Positions 1 through 13,129 of a stretch of 64,000 bases of DNA are shown here, piece after piece. Within the stretch, counting starts at the first letter, position 1. Every line of letters begins with the position of its first letter. Source of the DNA: Octopus bimaculoides (taxonomy: Eukaryota). A program made the position numbers and the translations under genes. The stretch lies in the NCBI RefSeq assembly GCF_001194135.2, contig NC_068984.1, positions 55,215,184-55,279,183 of the forward strand, given 5' to 3'. The notes under the pieces were generated by a model. The model ran no database searches, had not been told where the DNA came from, and saw only the letters and a list, made by a program, of their open reading frames with translations.

Positions 1-132
1 CCATCTACCAAATCCACTCGCAAGGCTTTGGTTGGTGGAAGGCTATAGCAGGACACTTACCCAAGGTGCCATGCAGTGGGACTGACTCAGAGCAATGTGG
101 TTGAGAAGGAAGCTTCTTACCACACAGCCATG
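1..132 (-). mobile_element. tRNA-derived SINE, family B (partial)
   Basis: The reverse complement reads ..GGCTGTGTGGTAAGAAGCTT..CCAACCACATTGCTCTGAGTCAGTCCCACTGCATGGCACCTTGGGTAAGTGTC..GGATTTGGTAGATGG: a tRNA-like head plus body. Homologous pieces lie at 3935-4090 (+) and 4187-4250 (-). Confidence 0.75.
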
Positions 133-138
133 TATTGA

Positions 139-325
139 TTTCAAATTTTGGCACAAGACCAGCAATTTTGAGGAGAGATTAAGTCAATTAGATCAACCAC
201 ACTGCTCAAAAGGATGAAAAGTAAAGTCAACCATATCAACACTTGAACTCAGAACACAAAGATGGACAAAATGCTGCTAAGCATTTTGCCTGGCATACCA
301 ACAGTTCTGCCAGCTCATTGCCTTA
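139..325 (-). mobile_element. tRNA-derived SINE, family A (degenerate)
   Basis: Reverse complement of the TAAGGC..GAGCTGGCAG..GAGTTCAA..TTTCATCC..CTTGTGCCAAAATTTGAAA pattern seen best at 16204-16421. Confidence 0.75.
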
Positions 326-537
326 TATATATGTGTGTGTAAATATGTTTGTGTGTGTGTGTGTGTGTGTGTGTTTGTGTAAATATATATATATTAATCA
401 AAGTGTACAGTATTATATATTCATTATGGCTGATTTTACCAATAGGTTTCATACTAGGGGTTCATAATCAGATTGTTAGGTAACAGTCCTATTATGTAAC
501 CCTGCACCACATATATCAGAGGTAGCTGTTATGAAAT

Positions 538-574
<37 letters not shown>

Positions 575-587
575 CAGACACATATTG

Positions 588-656
<69 letters not shown>

Positions 657-1789
657 CACACACTTATCATGATCATCAGCATCAGTTAACTATCTTGCTA
701 TATGTATGCATTGGATGGTTTAGCAGGATCCATCAGGTCCAGAACTGAATCATGCTCTACCATCTATTTTAACATAGTTTCTATGGTTGAATGGTCTTCC
801 TTATATGAATTGCTGTACACCATGCAGAGAGTGCTCTTTCATGCCATCAGCACTAGTGAAGTCACCAAGCAGCTCGATACTTGAGCCTCTGAGAGTGATA
901 ACTGTATGCTTAGAAATAAAGTGTTAAATTATGAGAGAACATACCAAAGTGGAACAGGTTTCTTGCTGTATGAGAGCTACATGAATACATATATTTTAGA
1001 AGAGTGTGTACATCATCAGTGTGGAAGATGGGAAGAAATAAAAATAATGATGATGAGAAGTCTGGGTGGATCTTTATGATATGAGTTATGTGAATGGAGA
1101 CAGAACACTTATGAGTTTGGGTAGGCAGAGATTGAAAGGGTCTGTGGTAGAATTAGAAATAAAGGAATGTGTAAAAGAGGAAATATAATGAATGAAGAGC
1201 AAGTGTTAAGTAGGGGGCATAGGGAAGAGTAGATGAAACTAAAGAGACTGGACTAGATTGAGGGATGGGTGTAATACATAGTGGATAGAGTGGGCAAAAC
1301 TAATGATACATGGGGTTAAAGAGTAGTAGAATAGAAATGAGAGAGGAAAAGAGAGATGGGGAGAGAGAGGGAGAAAGAGAAAGAGACAGACAGACAGACT
1401 GACAGACAGAAAGACAGACAGAATGACAGACAAAAAGACTGACAGACTGACAAACAGGCAGACAGAGTTAGAGATGGCATGTATTTGAGTAAGCTGCAAG
1501 AATGTAGGCAGGGAAAGGAAGAGGTCTAGTGTATTGGAAGGACAAAAGATGCATCATCTTGATGAAAGAGAGGTAATTAGGTGACTCAGGGAGGTGATCA
1601 ATATAAAATACAAGTGGAGAAGTTTATATTAAGGATAAGGGTTGGATGTTATGCGAAATGTTTCTAATTAGTGAGAAAGATTAGTGTTATCAAGGAAAGG
1701 CTATATTTAGAAAGATAAGTGGTGGCGATGATTTGAGGTGGAAATTAGGTACAACCACAACGATTTCAGAACTTATTTTTGATGCGTTC

Positions 1790-1925
1790 AAAGGGTCTTC
1801 TTCAGAACCGTATATCATCAGTCATCGCAGTCTCTTGTCATATGCTCCTCTAGGTTCAAGGTACTGATATTAGTCTTCACCGCTTCATCTCATATCTTCT
1901 TGGTTCTTCCTTTCACAAAATGGTC
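1790..1925 (-). mobile_element. RTE-clade LINE 3' end remnant
   Basis: The minus strand translates to GRTKKI*DEAVKTNISTLNLEEHMTRDCDD**YTVLKKT, resembling the RTE ORF C-terminus (GRPKKTW.E.VK.DL..L.L...M..DR..W...V). Confidence 0.55.
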
Positions 1926-2387
1926 CAACTATATTACATGATTTGACACATTTTTATGAAGCTGTCTTCATTCACAGACACACAAACACACACACACACA
2001 CGCACATATATATATATACACATACACACATATATATATGTGTATGTGTGTGTATCTTTCCCTTTTATACATACATGCCTACATATGCAGTGCACATGCA
2101 CGCTTACTACTGTACTTAGTAGCATAACTGATTATGATATGCAGATCAAATGTAGGAGAAATTATGATCAACACAAGTTGATATTATTTGCTCCCTATAC
2201 GCGTGCCACCGTCTTAATTGTTTGGTGCATTTGATCTCTGTAACACAATGCAATAATGTGTTACCTCGATGATGTGGTCTGGTTAAGAATCCAATTGCTC
2301 TTAGAATATTCAGTACAGAATTCCATGCAACTACAACGGTTGAACTACGTAGGAACAAATACTATAAACTCGCCTTCATCGTAATAT

Positions 2388-2640
2388 CTCTCTCTCTCTC
2401 TCTCTCATATTCACACACACATTCATACTCACACGCACACACGGACCCACACACACACACACAAGTGTGTGTGTGTGTGTGTATGTGTGCACGCGTGTAT
2501 GTCTGCGTGCATGTATTCGTATACATATGTATGTATATATGCCTGTATGTATGTGGATAGGTATGCATGTATGTATGTATGTATGTATGTATGTAGGTAG
2601 GTAGGTAGGTAGGTAGGTAAGTAGGTAAGTAGGTAGGTAG
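2388..2640. repeat. Compound microsatellite (CT)n/(CA)n/(TG)n/(TATG)n/(TAGG)n running into an assembly gap (2641-2685)
   Basis: Seen directly. Confidence 0.95.
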
Positions 2641-2898
2641 NNNNNNNNNNNNNNNNNNNNNNNNNNNNNNNNNNNNNNNNNNNNNGGAGGGAGGGTGGGA
2701 GGTCAAGCCTTCAGGTTTCAATTCACAAAAATGCACCTGTCCATTCACCCGGCATAATGACTTAGAGAGAACCCGTGAAGAGTCAATTTAGCAGACCAGC
2801 GATAATGAGTTATTGGTACCGCCGACAACCTTGAGGCATGGTTATCTTTATCAATAAACTACTACATTTCGTCTTTAACGTTACATTCATGTGTGAGC

Positions 2899-2930
<32 letters not shown>

Positions 2931-3240
2931 CACACACACAAACGTACTAATAATATTTTAACGATAGTATCTGCAATTACATGTACAGACCTAAATTTCA
3001 CTGATTTGTGGATTTGTGCATACGTATCCAGGTTTTAATTTTGCATTTCAATACTGAGAAATTGGGAAGGGGCAATAAATATATTTTTTCTAGTATATAA
3101 ATATATTCCTTCGATATATTTGTATAGAGAAATATAAGATAGACACCAATATTACACGCTCATGTACGAATTTACACATCACCTGTATGTCTGTCTGTCT
3201 CTGTGTTTAAACATGTATGCGTGTGTGTGTGTGAGTGTGA

Positions 3241-3388
3241 GTGTGCTCCACCCTTATTGCAGCCCCTATGTGTTCCATGTTCTTCTCAAGATTTTTACTC
3301 ACTGTTCCCAGGAATCCGACAATTATTCGTACTACTACCACCTTTTTTATCGACCACAACTGCTTAACCCCCAAAGCTAACCTATCGA

Positions 3389-3390
<2 letters not shown>
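3241..3390 (-). mobile_element. R4/Dong-type REL non-LTR retrotransposon fragment
   Basis: The reverse complement aligns by eye (roughly 85%) with 60120-60270 (VKQLWS.KKV.VV.IIVG.LGT.SKNLEK). It starts immediately after the TTA tract at 3389-3478, which is TAA on its sense strand. Confidence 0.8.
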
Positions 3391-3441
<51 letters not shown>

Positions 3442-3478
3442 TATTTTTAATTTTATTATCATTATCATTATTATTATT
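3389..3478. repeat. (TTA)n microsatellite
   Basis: Seen directly. Confidence 0.95.
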
Positions 3479-3891
3479 AAGGCAGTGAGCTGGCAGAATT
3501 GTTAACATGCCAAACAAAATGCTTAGCAGCATTTCGTCTGTCTTTTCATACCGAGTTCAAATGCTGCAGAGGTCGACTTTTCTCTTTATCATTTCGTAGA
3601 CGATAAAATAAGTATCAGTTTAGTACTAAAGTCGATGTTACAGAGTATCATCATCGCTAAAATGTCAGGCCTTGTGCCTATAGTCGAAAGAATAATAATA
3701 ATATTAAGGCGACGAGTTGGCAGAACCGTTAATACCATAGGTAAAATTTTTACCGGCATTTCGTCCGTCTTTATGTTCTGGGTTTCAAAGCTACAGCGGT
3801 CGATGAAATAAGTACCAGTTGAGCACTGGTGGCCATTTAATCGACTTAACCCCATCTCGATATTCATGGGTTTGTGCCAAAATTTGAAAAC
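3478..3891 (+). mobile_element. Two tandem family A SINE copies (3478-3700, 3705-3891)
   Basis: Each begins TAAGGC..GAG(C/T)TGGCAGAA, has a B-box-like G(A/G)GTT(T)CAAA and ends in (C/T)TTGTGCC.. Confidence 0.85.
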
Positions 3892-3934
3892 GTTATAGGT
3901 ATTATTTTTATCATCATCTTCACTACTAAAGTGC

Positions 3935-4123
3935 AAGCAGAAGTCCATGTGTTGTAAGAAATTTGCTTGCTAACCACATAATTCCAGATGCAGATCCACT
4001 GCGTAGAACGCTCGTCAAGTGTTTTCTCTATTATCGCCCTGTGCTGATCGAGGCGCCTTTGGTAGACGCAAATTGAAAGAGGACACCTGTGTGTGTGTGA
4101 GTACATATATATATGCACATATA

Positions 4124-4186
<63 letters not shown>

Positions 4187-4250
4187 CCTGGAACCATGTG
4201 GTTGGGAAGCAAGCTTCTTATCACACAACCACATCTGCACTCGGATATTT
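3935..4250. mobile_element. Family B SINE (+, 3935-4090) and an inverted family B head (-, 4187-4250) flanking a (TA)n tract
   Basis: GTAAGAAATTTGCTTGCTAACCACATAATTCC on the plus strand; GGAACCATGTGGTTGGGAAGCAAGCTTCTTA is the reverse-complement head. Confidence 0.65.
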
Positions 4251-4289
4251 GTGTCTGTGTGTGTGTGCGTGTGTTTATATCTGTTTTCT

Positions 4290-4448
4290 TCGGCTGTTGG
4301 AAAACCATTTTCAGCTTGTTTAGGTCCCTGTAACTTAACGGTTGAGCAAAAACGAGCCGATAGATTAAGTAACTTGTGAAGAGTAGTCAAGGTTGTGCTC
4401 AAGCTTGGCTGCAGCCTATTGACTTAAACAAGTAAACAAGAAAAGATA
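4290..4448 (+). mobile_element. SINE 3' body/tail, separate family
   Basis: GTCCCTGTAACTTAACGGTTGAGCAAAAACGAGCCGATAGA..GACTTAAACAAGTAAACAAGAAAAG. A similar tail lies at about 31270-31325. Family recognised from memory only. Confidence 0.45.
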
Positions 4449-4672
4449 AATTGTTAAGAGGCCCCGCGGGGAGACCATCCGTTTCACAGGACCAGTTCAT
4501 CGATAGATCTATCCCCAGAGCGTGCGAAACTGCTGAGCTCTCAGTAGAACATCTTGCTAATTATAACATGAACGTTCTTTTTGAACTATGGTCTTCTCAG
4601 ACCCACGCAACGAACATCACATGCACACACACACATACACAAGCGCCCAGACACACACGTGCATAGATAGAC

Positions 4673-4716
<44 letters not shown>

Positions 4717-5247
4717 GGATGGATGGATGGATGGATGGATGGATGTATAGATACATGATTATGTGCGTGTGTATAATCTGGAGACGAGTGATCTTTCTTT
4801 CGTTTATTGACAAGAAATATCATTAAAGCTCATGTTTATTATTATAACGATTGCAGTTTCAGTCAGCGACTATTTTCTCTACTTAGTGCAGTTCATATCA
4901 TATACAAACTTAAATTAAATACTCTTCTTGCAGACTTCTCAACTAAGAAATTGTTTGCGATCATTATTTTTAAATAGCCTAATCAGTGGATGTTTCTAAC
5001 TGAAATTTCCTTATAGTCTCTAAGTCGTTCTAAGATGTCATAAGTACAATTAAAACTATGCTTAAACCTAATAAAACTGAATCATGGCCGATGTTGTTCC
5101 GTACTTACCAAAGAAGAGTTTCTTTTCCACGTTTAATTTTAAATCGATTTGAATTTCTGAGATGTCTTCGTTGCCTTTCTCGATAAGAATTATCATTATT
5201 ACTAATGAGATTTCTCTTCATTACGGACGTAATCATAAATATTACAA

Positions 5248-5635
5248 TGTGTTTTTTTTTTTTTTGGTGTTGTTTGCGTTCACTACATAATTACGTTAGC
5301 TCAAATAAAAAATAAAAATACAGTTTAAAGATACATTAATTAATATATGCTTATCTATAATTAATGTCAGTTTTCTAGGTCTCGAAAATCACGAACTCGA
5401 TGTATTTCACAGTACATAAATTCCCACACAGGCATANNNNNNNNNNTGTGTTTTTTTTTTTTTTGGTGTTGTTTGCGTTCACTACATAATTACGTTAGCT
5501 CAAATAAAAAATAAAAATACAGTTTAAAGATACATTAATTAATATATGCTTATCTATAATTAATGTCAGTTTTCTAGGTCTCGAAAATCACGAACTCGAT
5601 GTATTTCACAGTACATAAATTCCCACACAGGCATA
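5248..5635. other. Assembly artefact: identical 189-bp duplication (5248-5436, 5447-5635) around a 10-N gap
   Basis: The two copies appear identical and sit exactly either side of the N run, as expected for an unmerged contig overlap. Confidence 0.85.
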
Positions 5636-5662
5636 AACTCACACATACACACACACGCACGC

Positions 5663-5703
<41 letters not shown>

Positions 5704-6259
5704 CACACATTCATATATGCACACACATATACACGGCACGCGCACATATATAGTATATGTGTATATTATATCTGAATCTGTACACCTGCTACTTGCCTGT
5801 TATTTCTCAGGTAGCCTTTACGTTTCAAACGGTACTGACACCTCTAAATTAAGTGGTAGTGTCCAGGTGTCGAAACCAAAATGATATCCGTTACGAAGCT
5901 GATGATGGGTATATAGCTGTGATACATTTGTTGCCAGTGAATCTTTAATGTCTAATGATCTCGTTGTTCTAAGTTGTCCTTCATTCTCGCAGATTTAGAA
6001 TTATGAAATGGATTTTGGATTTTGCGTTATGGTGAATTTGTTCAGTGTAATATAACATACAATGACATTGCGTTAATGTCCTTAATGAGAACTCTAATTA
6101 TGGCAAGGTTAATACTTAATCTGGAGACTCAAGTTTTGGGAGATGTTGTACCACAAAATAATAAGTATATATGTATATATACATGTCCGGAAACCAGGAA
6201 TCCAGCCCTTAAGAGTCCATACGGTTTGAGATAGATGCTTATAGACACATACAGACAAG

Positions 6260-6415
<156 letters not shown>

Positions 6416-7439
6416 GGATGTGGGTGTGTGTGGGTATGTCCATGAACACACTTGTATATGTACATATATTGATATGTAGCGGCCTTTTCTGGATAATTTA
6501 AATATAAGGTATACATTCCTAAATTATCAACAGAAATAGCTGTTATGTCGTGCATACACTCTTAGTTAAGTAACTTACCATCGCATACACTCTTGTACAA
6601 ATTAAATAAACCAATTCAGTTCTAACGCAGGTTTTATATACTCTTTAGCTGTAAGTTTCTAATTACACTGTTAATTAATGGTGGACAATCTCTGACTGAT
6701 GACGGTTTTACAACACCAGAAAGTACTCAGACGGAAACTATATTTTGCTGCCTCAGTTTGACTGTTTTCTTTACTTCTTAAGGTATGGTTAAGCTATATA
6801 TCTATTAACAATATATATGTTACACATCAAATTATTCCCGAAATGCTCTGCAGTGAACGTTTGATGAATTAACTCACGCTATCAACGCATGTTTTGTAGA
6901 ACAAATTAAGCAAAGTTAACTTTAACTGAATTAGTGAAAACTAAAATAAAACTCTACGATACAAATATCCCCGTTAACAGAAGATAGGTGAATTTTTTTC
7001 GGATTATATCTCAATTGCACCAGTCAGATTAGGTATTCCCTTTGTTAGTTTTTTTTTTTCTTTCTCGTAATGAGAAAAACACTTGTGTTGTGATTTTTGT
7101 TTACGTCAACCACAGTGATGTTGTTTTGTAGGGTTATTTAAAGGGTATAGAAAGAAACAGTGTTTAGTGTTATTATGAATTCATACACGCGTACATGTGC
7201 ATACACGCACGCGGATGTACCCACCACACAAATCCATGTATATTTCTATATGTGCATTAATGTATCAAGCATATACGTGTGCATAAAAGCAAATATTTCT
7301 GTACGAAGTGGACTCTTCTGTAGTACTAGACGGATGGGGGTACTGCAGGTATCTGCTGAACAACCTGCAGAGGTGATTCGTTTATAGTGATCAATTGTTT
7401 GAGTTATACATTGACTCCCTCCCTCCATCAAATCAATAT

Positions 7440-7610
7440 TGCCTGGACAGGTGCAGGGTGTACCACCTCAGAAGTCGAAGTGATCGAAGAGTAAAGTGAA
7501 ATGAAGTGTTTTGCTCAAGAACGCAATACACCTCTTGGTCCGGGAATCGAAACCACGTTCTTGTGATCCTGAGTGCAACAACCTAATCATATGCCACACA
7601 TCTTCACATG
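7440..7610 (-). mobile_element. tRNA-derived SINE, family C
   Basis: The minus strand has A-box-like TGGCATATGATTAGG and B-box-like GGTTTCGATTCCC, then GCGTTCTTGAGCAAAACACTTCATTTCAC. There is no complete cloverleaf. Confidence 0.7.
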
Positions 7611-7674
7611 TATGTAATTTACACAGACACACAATGCACACACACACACACACGCATACATACACACACACATT

Positions 7675-7705
<31 letters not shown>

Positions 7706-8148
7706 GTGCGTATGTGTGCTGCATATAAATGCGCGCGCACCCGCACACACCTCTATATTTACACTTATATGTGAATAACCTAGGTTTTACGAATATAATT
7801 ATAAATATAGAGGTCTAGAAATAGTAAATTTATACGGATACGATTTTAAAAAAACAAAAAAATCCTCACCTGTTCACATGACAACGCCTCAAATAATTTA
7901 CAGCTTCCTTATTCACGTGATTGACATTTGATAAGGCATGAACTAAATATTTACATATTTTATCCATCATATTTTGTGGGTGTGATAGCTGCGCAAAATT
8001 TCTCTCTGGTATTATATGCCGAATTCTAAATATATACATTTCTCAACATTCAAGACTATGTCAACGTGTTTGCGCATTTATGTGCCTTGGTTTGTGTGTT
8101 TGTGTGTGTGTATTTGCGTGCGTGAGTGCGTGAGTGCGTGCGTGTACG

Positions 8149-8199
<51 letters not shown>

Positions 8200-8569
8200 T
8201 TGTTGGTTTACGTGATCGTGTGAATGTAAAGTCAGTAGCTGATTGATGTTTGGGACGGTTGTGCTCTAACTCGGTTGGGCACACAGCCAATGACACTTGC
8301 ATCACTCAAACACCACTCCCTAACAAATTGGTAATTAACATCGCCAGGAGCTATGCTCTGCTAGCTGTTTCAAATGCTAATTATCGCCAAATCATAGTCT
8401 TTATCCCAAGATTCATCACTTGTCTTCGACAACACATTCGCAGCAAACAAATTTATATGTTCTATCCGGGAACGGTATATCCATCACAGTCGTCGTTTGA
8501 CGTTGTCGTCGTGGTTATTGTCATCAAGAACAACAACGTTATCATCCGAACCTCATTAACGGCATCACG

Positions 8570-8734
8570 ACCTTGATTATTATTGTTATCATCATCATTT
8601 TCATTAACATTACCTTTGTTATCATCGTCGTCATCATCATCATCATCGGTAACAGAGAACCCACCACTCTTATCGCCAATGTCAATGACATTTTCAAATA
8701 TTAGTATATACATAATTTATATATTATTATTATT

Positions 8735-8799
<65 letters not shown>

Positions 8800-8852
8800 C
8801 ATTATTATTGTTATTATCATTATTATTGTTATTATTATTATTATTATTATTA

Positions 8853-8940
<88 letters not shown>

Positions 8941-8941
8941 T
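8570..8941. repeat. Long compound (TCA)n/(TTA)n microsatellite
   Basis: Seen directly; it explains the poly-L and poly-I ORFs. Confidence 0.95.
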
Positions 8942-9902
8942 GTGTCTACAACATGATTTTTCTCTAAGTAAGCTTCAGTGAATTTTGAATGTGTGTATTT
9001 TATCTTCAGACTTGATAACTTATCACATCTCATTTTTGTGTATGTTTAGAAGTGGTATTATTTTACCAATATGTTATTAAAAAACCATTTCAGTAGATGA
9101 TCCGATAAGAATCCATATACATACGAAAAGTAATTTCATATGATACTCCCCAGAGATGGGACAAACGCATGGCCATTTCGTTTCAGGTGCAACATTATTA
9201 CATATAACACTACAAAATTGATTTTATTGATTAAATCTGTGGTTTGCTCTCTGCTGTAAATGTCCGACAAATGAAGCTTTGAGTTTTCATCTATAACCAG
9301 ACTACATTGATTGCAGTTGCTTTTCTTGCACAGCGTGACTGACTGACTATGGGAATATATATAAGGATGGAATATTTTGTAACTCTATATGATGCTTGAT
9401 TTTTTTTTTAATTAGAGTAGCATTGGAACATCAAGTCTTTAGTATATTTATAATTGCTCAGTAGCATAATGTTTCCAAAGAACTATTAAATTGATACTGT
9501 GAAATTTGTCTGTAGTCGGAGGTGAACGATTCAAGTGTTGATCTATCAACTGGAGCTATCAGTTTGTATCCTAACCTTTTTAATGATTTGTATTCCTGAG
9601 CAAAGTGCCTAAAGATGAAAATAGATGGAAAATGAAAAGACTTGCATATTAATTCGAAACTGTTGTTTTGATGTTTTAAGTGCCGAGATTGAATCCTATT
9701 ACGAGGGAATGAATAAATTTATTCGGAAAACTATGTTGATAAAGAAGCACGCAGTATAAAATGATGAAGAAATTAAACTTATTTTTTTACCGAACATTTC
9801 TTAAAGATGTGAATTTGATTAAAACCAGATGCTATTTTACTTCAATTAAAATATTTGAAGATACTTCTGTACATATTGCTGTGAATAAGTTGTCGGTAAT
9901 AG

Positions 9903-10120
9903 TCCTTTCTATTATTGGCACAAGGCCTGAAATTTTAGAGTGGAGGCTACTCAATCGCATCCTCTCAGTGCATGACTGGTATTTGTTCTACGGATGTGAA
10001 AGGACGAATAGGAAAATCAACCTCGGTGAAGTTTGAACTCAGAAAGTAAAATCAAATAAAATGTCACTAAGCATTTTATCCGACGCGCCAACGATTGTGG
10101 TAACGATTGGCCACCTTCCA
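9903..10120 (-). mobile_element. Family A SINE (degenerate)
   Basis: GGCACAAGGCCTGAAATTTT..TTTGAACTCAG..CTAAGCATTTT reverse-complement hallmarks. Confidence 0.75.
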
Positions 10121-11009
10121 GTTGTCTGTAATAGTGGTATGTGGAAATAAATGCCATAGAGTATTTATTTTTGCTTCTCCACATCGTGAGTTTAAGTTTT
10201 GATTTTTATATCATAAGTACAACCAGCCGTCACTTGCGAGCGAGTATAGTTTGATAACATGTATCATGCCTTCACTGATTGAATTAGGCATTAATGTAGT
10301 AATGAACCTACATAATCATCTTGGTGAAATGATGAGCCATGCTGAAAGAAACAATGCCTCGCCCCAGTTCAAAAATTGAACCATTGACTTTATAAACCAG
10401 AGACATGAATCCTAACCTATAGGTCACATAGTATACCAGGCTAAACGGTACACATAACACCGTATGGAAAGGATATAATAAAATTAAGGTTAATATAGTT
10501 AAAGCTGACTTATATGTCAGATTGATGCAATAGTGCTTAATTTCTAGATTTCTATTCAATGTTTAGTAAGTTAATATATAGTTGGTGTTTTTCAAATTAT
10601 GCGTGGTCACCTAAGCCTGAACAGTAGCTTCCCCTTAAAATAAAGACAAGTCATTGATGTTATTATTTGTTTCTGTGATGAAATGCTTGGTAATCTTTGT
10701 ATCGGCAGTGCCGTATGAGAAGATATACTTTATGGTATGTAACTGATTCGTGTGCTTTATTGTCTGCATAGATAGAAGCTAGTTTAATTTATTGGCTGTC
10801 ATGAAATATGATACCTACGTTATGAGATATACTAATGTAGCAGAACGTTGAGGTCAATATTTTCTCTTATGATGCCATGTTAGTCCCAATTATTTAAATA
10901 CACAAGCGTTCACAACAGAATTTATCTTTTAATCTTTAGTTAAAATAATATTTAAAAAAGAAAAGAAAAATTACACGTGGGCCGATAATGGTTTCAAATT
11001 TTGTGATAA

Positions 11010-11215
11010 AGCGAGCAGTTTTTGAGGGGAGGGGTAAGTTGATTACAGTGACGCCTGTACTTGATTGATACTTATTCTGTCGAGTCTGAATGGATAAAAG
11101 GTAAAGTCGATCTGGGCGGATTTTGAGCTCAAAACGTAATGACAGACGAAATGCCACGAAGTATTTCATCTGGTGTACTAACTGTTCAGCTAGCTCGTCG
11201 CTTTGTGGAACCAAT
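11010..11215 (-). mobile_element. Family A SINE (degenerate)
   Basis: GGATAAAAGGTAAAGTCGATCTGGGCGGATTTTGAGCTCAAAACGTAATGACAGACGAAATGCC. Confidence 0.75.
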
Positions 11216-12307
11216 AATGTTATTATTTTGACGCAGATGTGTTTCATTACTCTAGAATGTGTTTAATCTCCGAATACTTGATGTGTATTCACGAATGCTC
11301 TAAGTGTAATAAATAGCACATTTTAATAATTAAGTAATCTGACCCTGAGCTAATTAATTTACTAATTCGGGGTAAAGAAGATACTGTTGCACAAAAATTC
11401 TGATTTTATTATTAAAGATATTCAAGTTTGAATAATGATATGAACAAAACAGATGATTCAAGAATGTTGATTTAGTGTAAAGTTAATGTCACGTTGATTG
11501 CTGTTATAAATATTTGCAAATTTATGTTCATACCATCTATGTATAAATTTATGTTTTGGGAGATGTGACGTGATTTAAGTTCTTTTAAGAGAGGCCCTGA
11601 TGCGCTTTTGATTCCCTTTTGGCTCTTTTATATCAGAAATATTCCTGAAAAATGGCATTGGATATCAATATTCCTTCCACACTCAGAAATGTCTATCATT
11701 CATATCTTTAAATAAATAGGTGTGTATGTGTGCCCATATATGTGTGAAGTAAATATGTATTTAAAGGAATTTGCTAAAAATAGCCCTTTGTTGATGTAAA
11801 ATTCATACGAATATTTATATAATTTTAAAATGAGCTTCATTTATTCAAATTTTACGTGTCAATGGTTGATTCCTTGCGTGATCGCTTGAAAGGCTAGAAA
11901 TAACAGCTAAAGCTCCTTTAAATAACACTTGTTCATGAACATTGTAAATGCGGAATTATAAGGTGTTTAAAGCTAAAACAAGTGGTCACGGCTGGATATC
12001 GTTTAATTATATATCTACTCGATTAGACCCGACCAAGAAATAAGCAACAATAATGCAAGTGATATGTTTGATAATGAGCAACATGAAGAGAAGAAAGAAG
12101 AGAATGGTGACGCAACTTTCTCATTTTCTACAAATGTCTCCATACGCCCATCAATGACCATGAAATGCTGAATTCGTTGAGTTTTAGTCGCAAACAAACC
12201 ATCTGACCAGTAGCTCTACTCTTTTTCACAAGACGTAAACAAACACATGTTCCAGACTGGTCAGATAAAATCTATGTCATAACATTAGGGTCTAGGCAGT
12301 AATAACG

Positions 12308-12322
12308 CGAGAGAGAGGGAAG

Positions 12323-12384
<62 letters not shown>

Positions 12385-12385
12385 T

Positions 12386-12451
<66 letters not shown>

Positions 12452-12458
12452 CGAGAGA
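12308..12458. repeat. (GA)n/(GAAA)n microsatellite
   Basis: Seen directly. Confidence 0.95.
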
Positions 12459-12774
12459 GATCCTTGACTCAACCAAAAAATTTCCGTTTATACCAATCAA
12501 ATAGCAAGGAATTAAACGGAAAAGAATGGGGAAGGAGGACAATGTAACTGTAATTAATAATCGAGAAATAATACGTTATCTTTATAATTAATCCATTGCA
12601 AAAGGCAGCAATTCAGTTACGACAAGTAAACAAACTTACAGAAAACAAGTCATACAACAACACTCTGATTCCTTACCCACAACAATACGGGAAAACAGTA
12701 CGAATAAAAGCATATCATCCTCCCTCAGTTTAAAAATAATATACATATGTGGATCTTGATGCATTTAGAGATTT

Positions 12775-12905
12775 CTACCATAGGCACAAGGCCTGAAATC
12801 TGGGAGAAGAGGAATAGTCGATTATAGTGATCCCAGTGCTCGACTGGTACTTATTTCATCGGCCTCGGAAAGATGAGAGGCAAAGTCACCCTCAGTGGAA
12901 TCTAA
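12775..12905 (-). mobile_element. Family A SINE 3' part
   Basis: TAGGCACAAGGCCTGAAAT..GACTGGTACTTATTTCATCG..GATGAGAGGCAAAGTCACC. Confidence 0.7.
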
Positions 12906-13129
12906 ACTTACTAGATGCATATAGTGTACAAAAATCACCCCGTGGAAAACAAATAAGCCGTTACTCGACGAAAACTAATAAAAGACCGTATTGTCCCCCT
13001 AATGTCTCAAATAAAGCCGAAAATGTAGAAATGTACAATAGAGGAACTTGTTTCTATTCTACAGGCATATTACAGAGTCATATTCTAACTAATAGCAAAA
13101 CTTTGACAATAGTCACTGATAACATTTTG

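Noticed and set aside
5248-5635. Perfect 189-bp tandem duplication
   Set aside because: The copies flank a 10-N gap exactly, so this is an unmerged contig overlap rather than biology.
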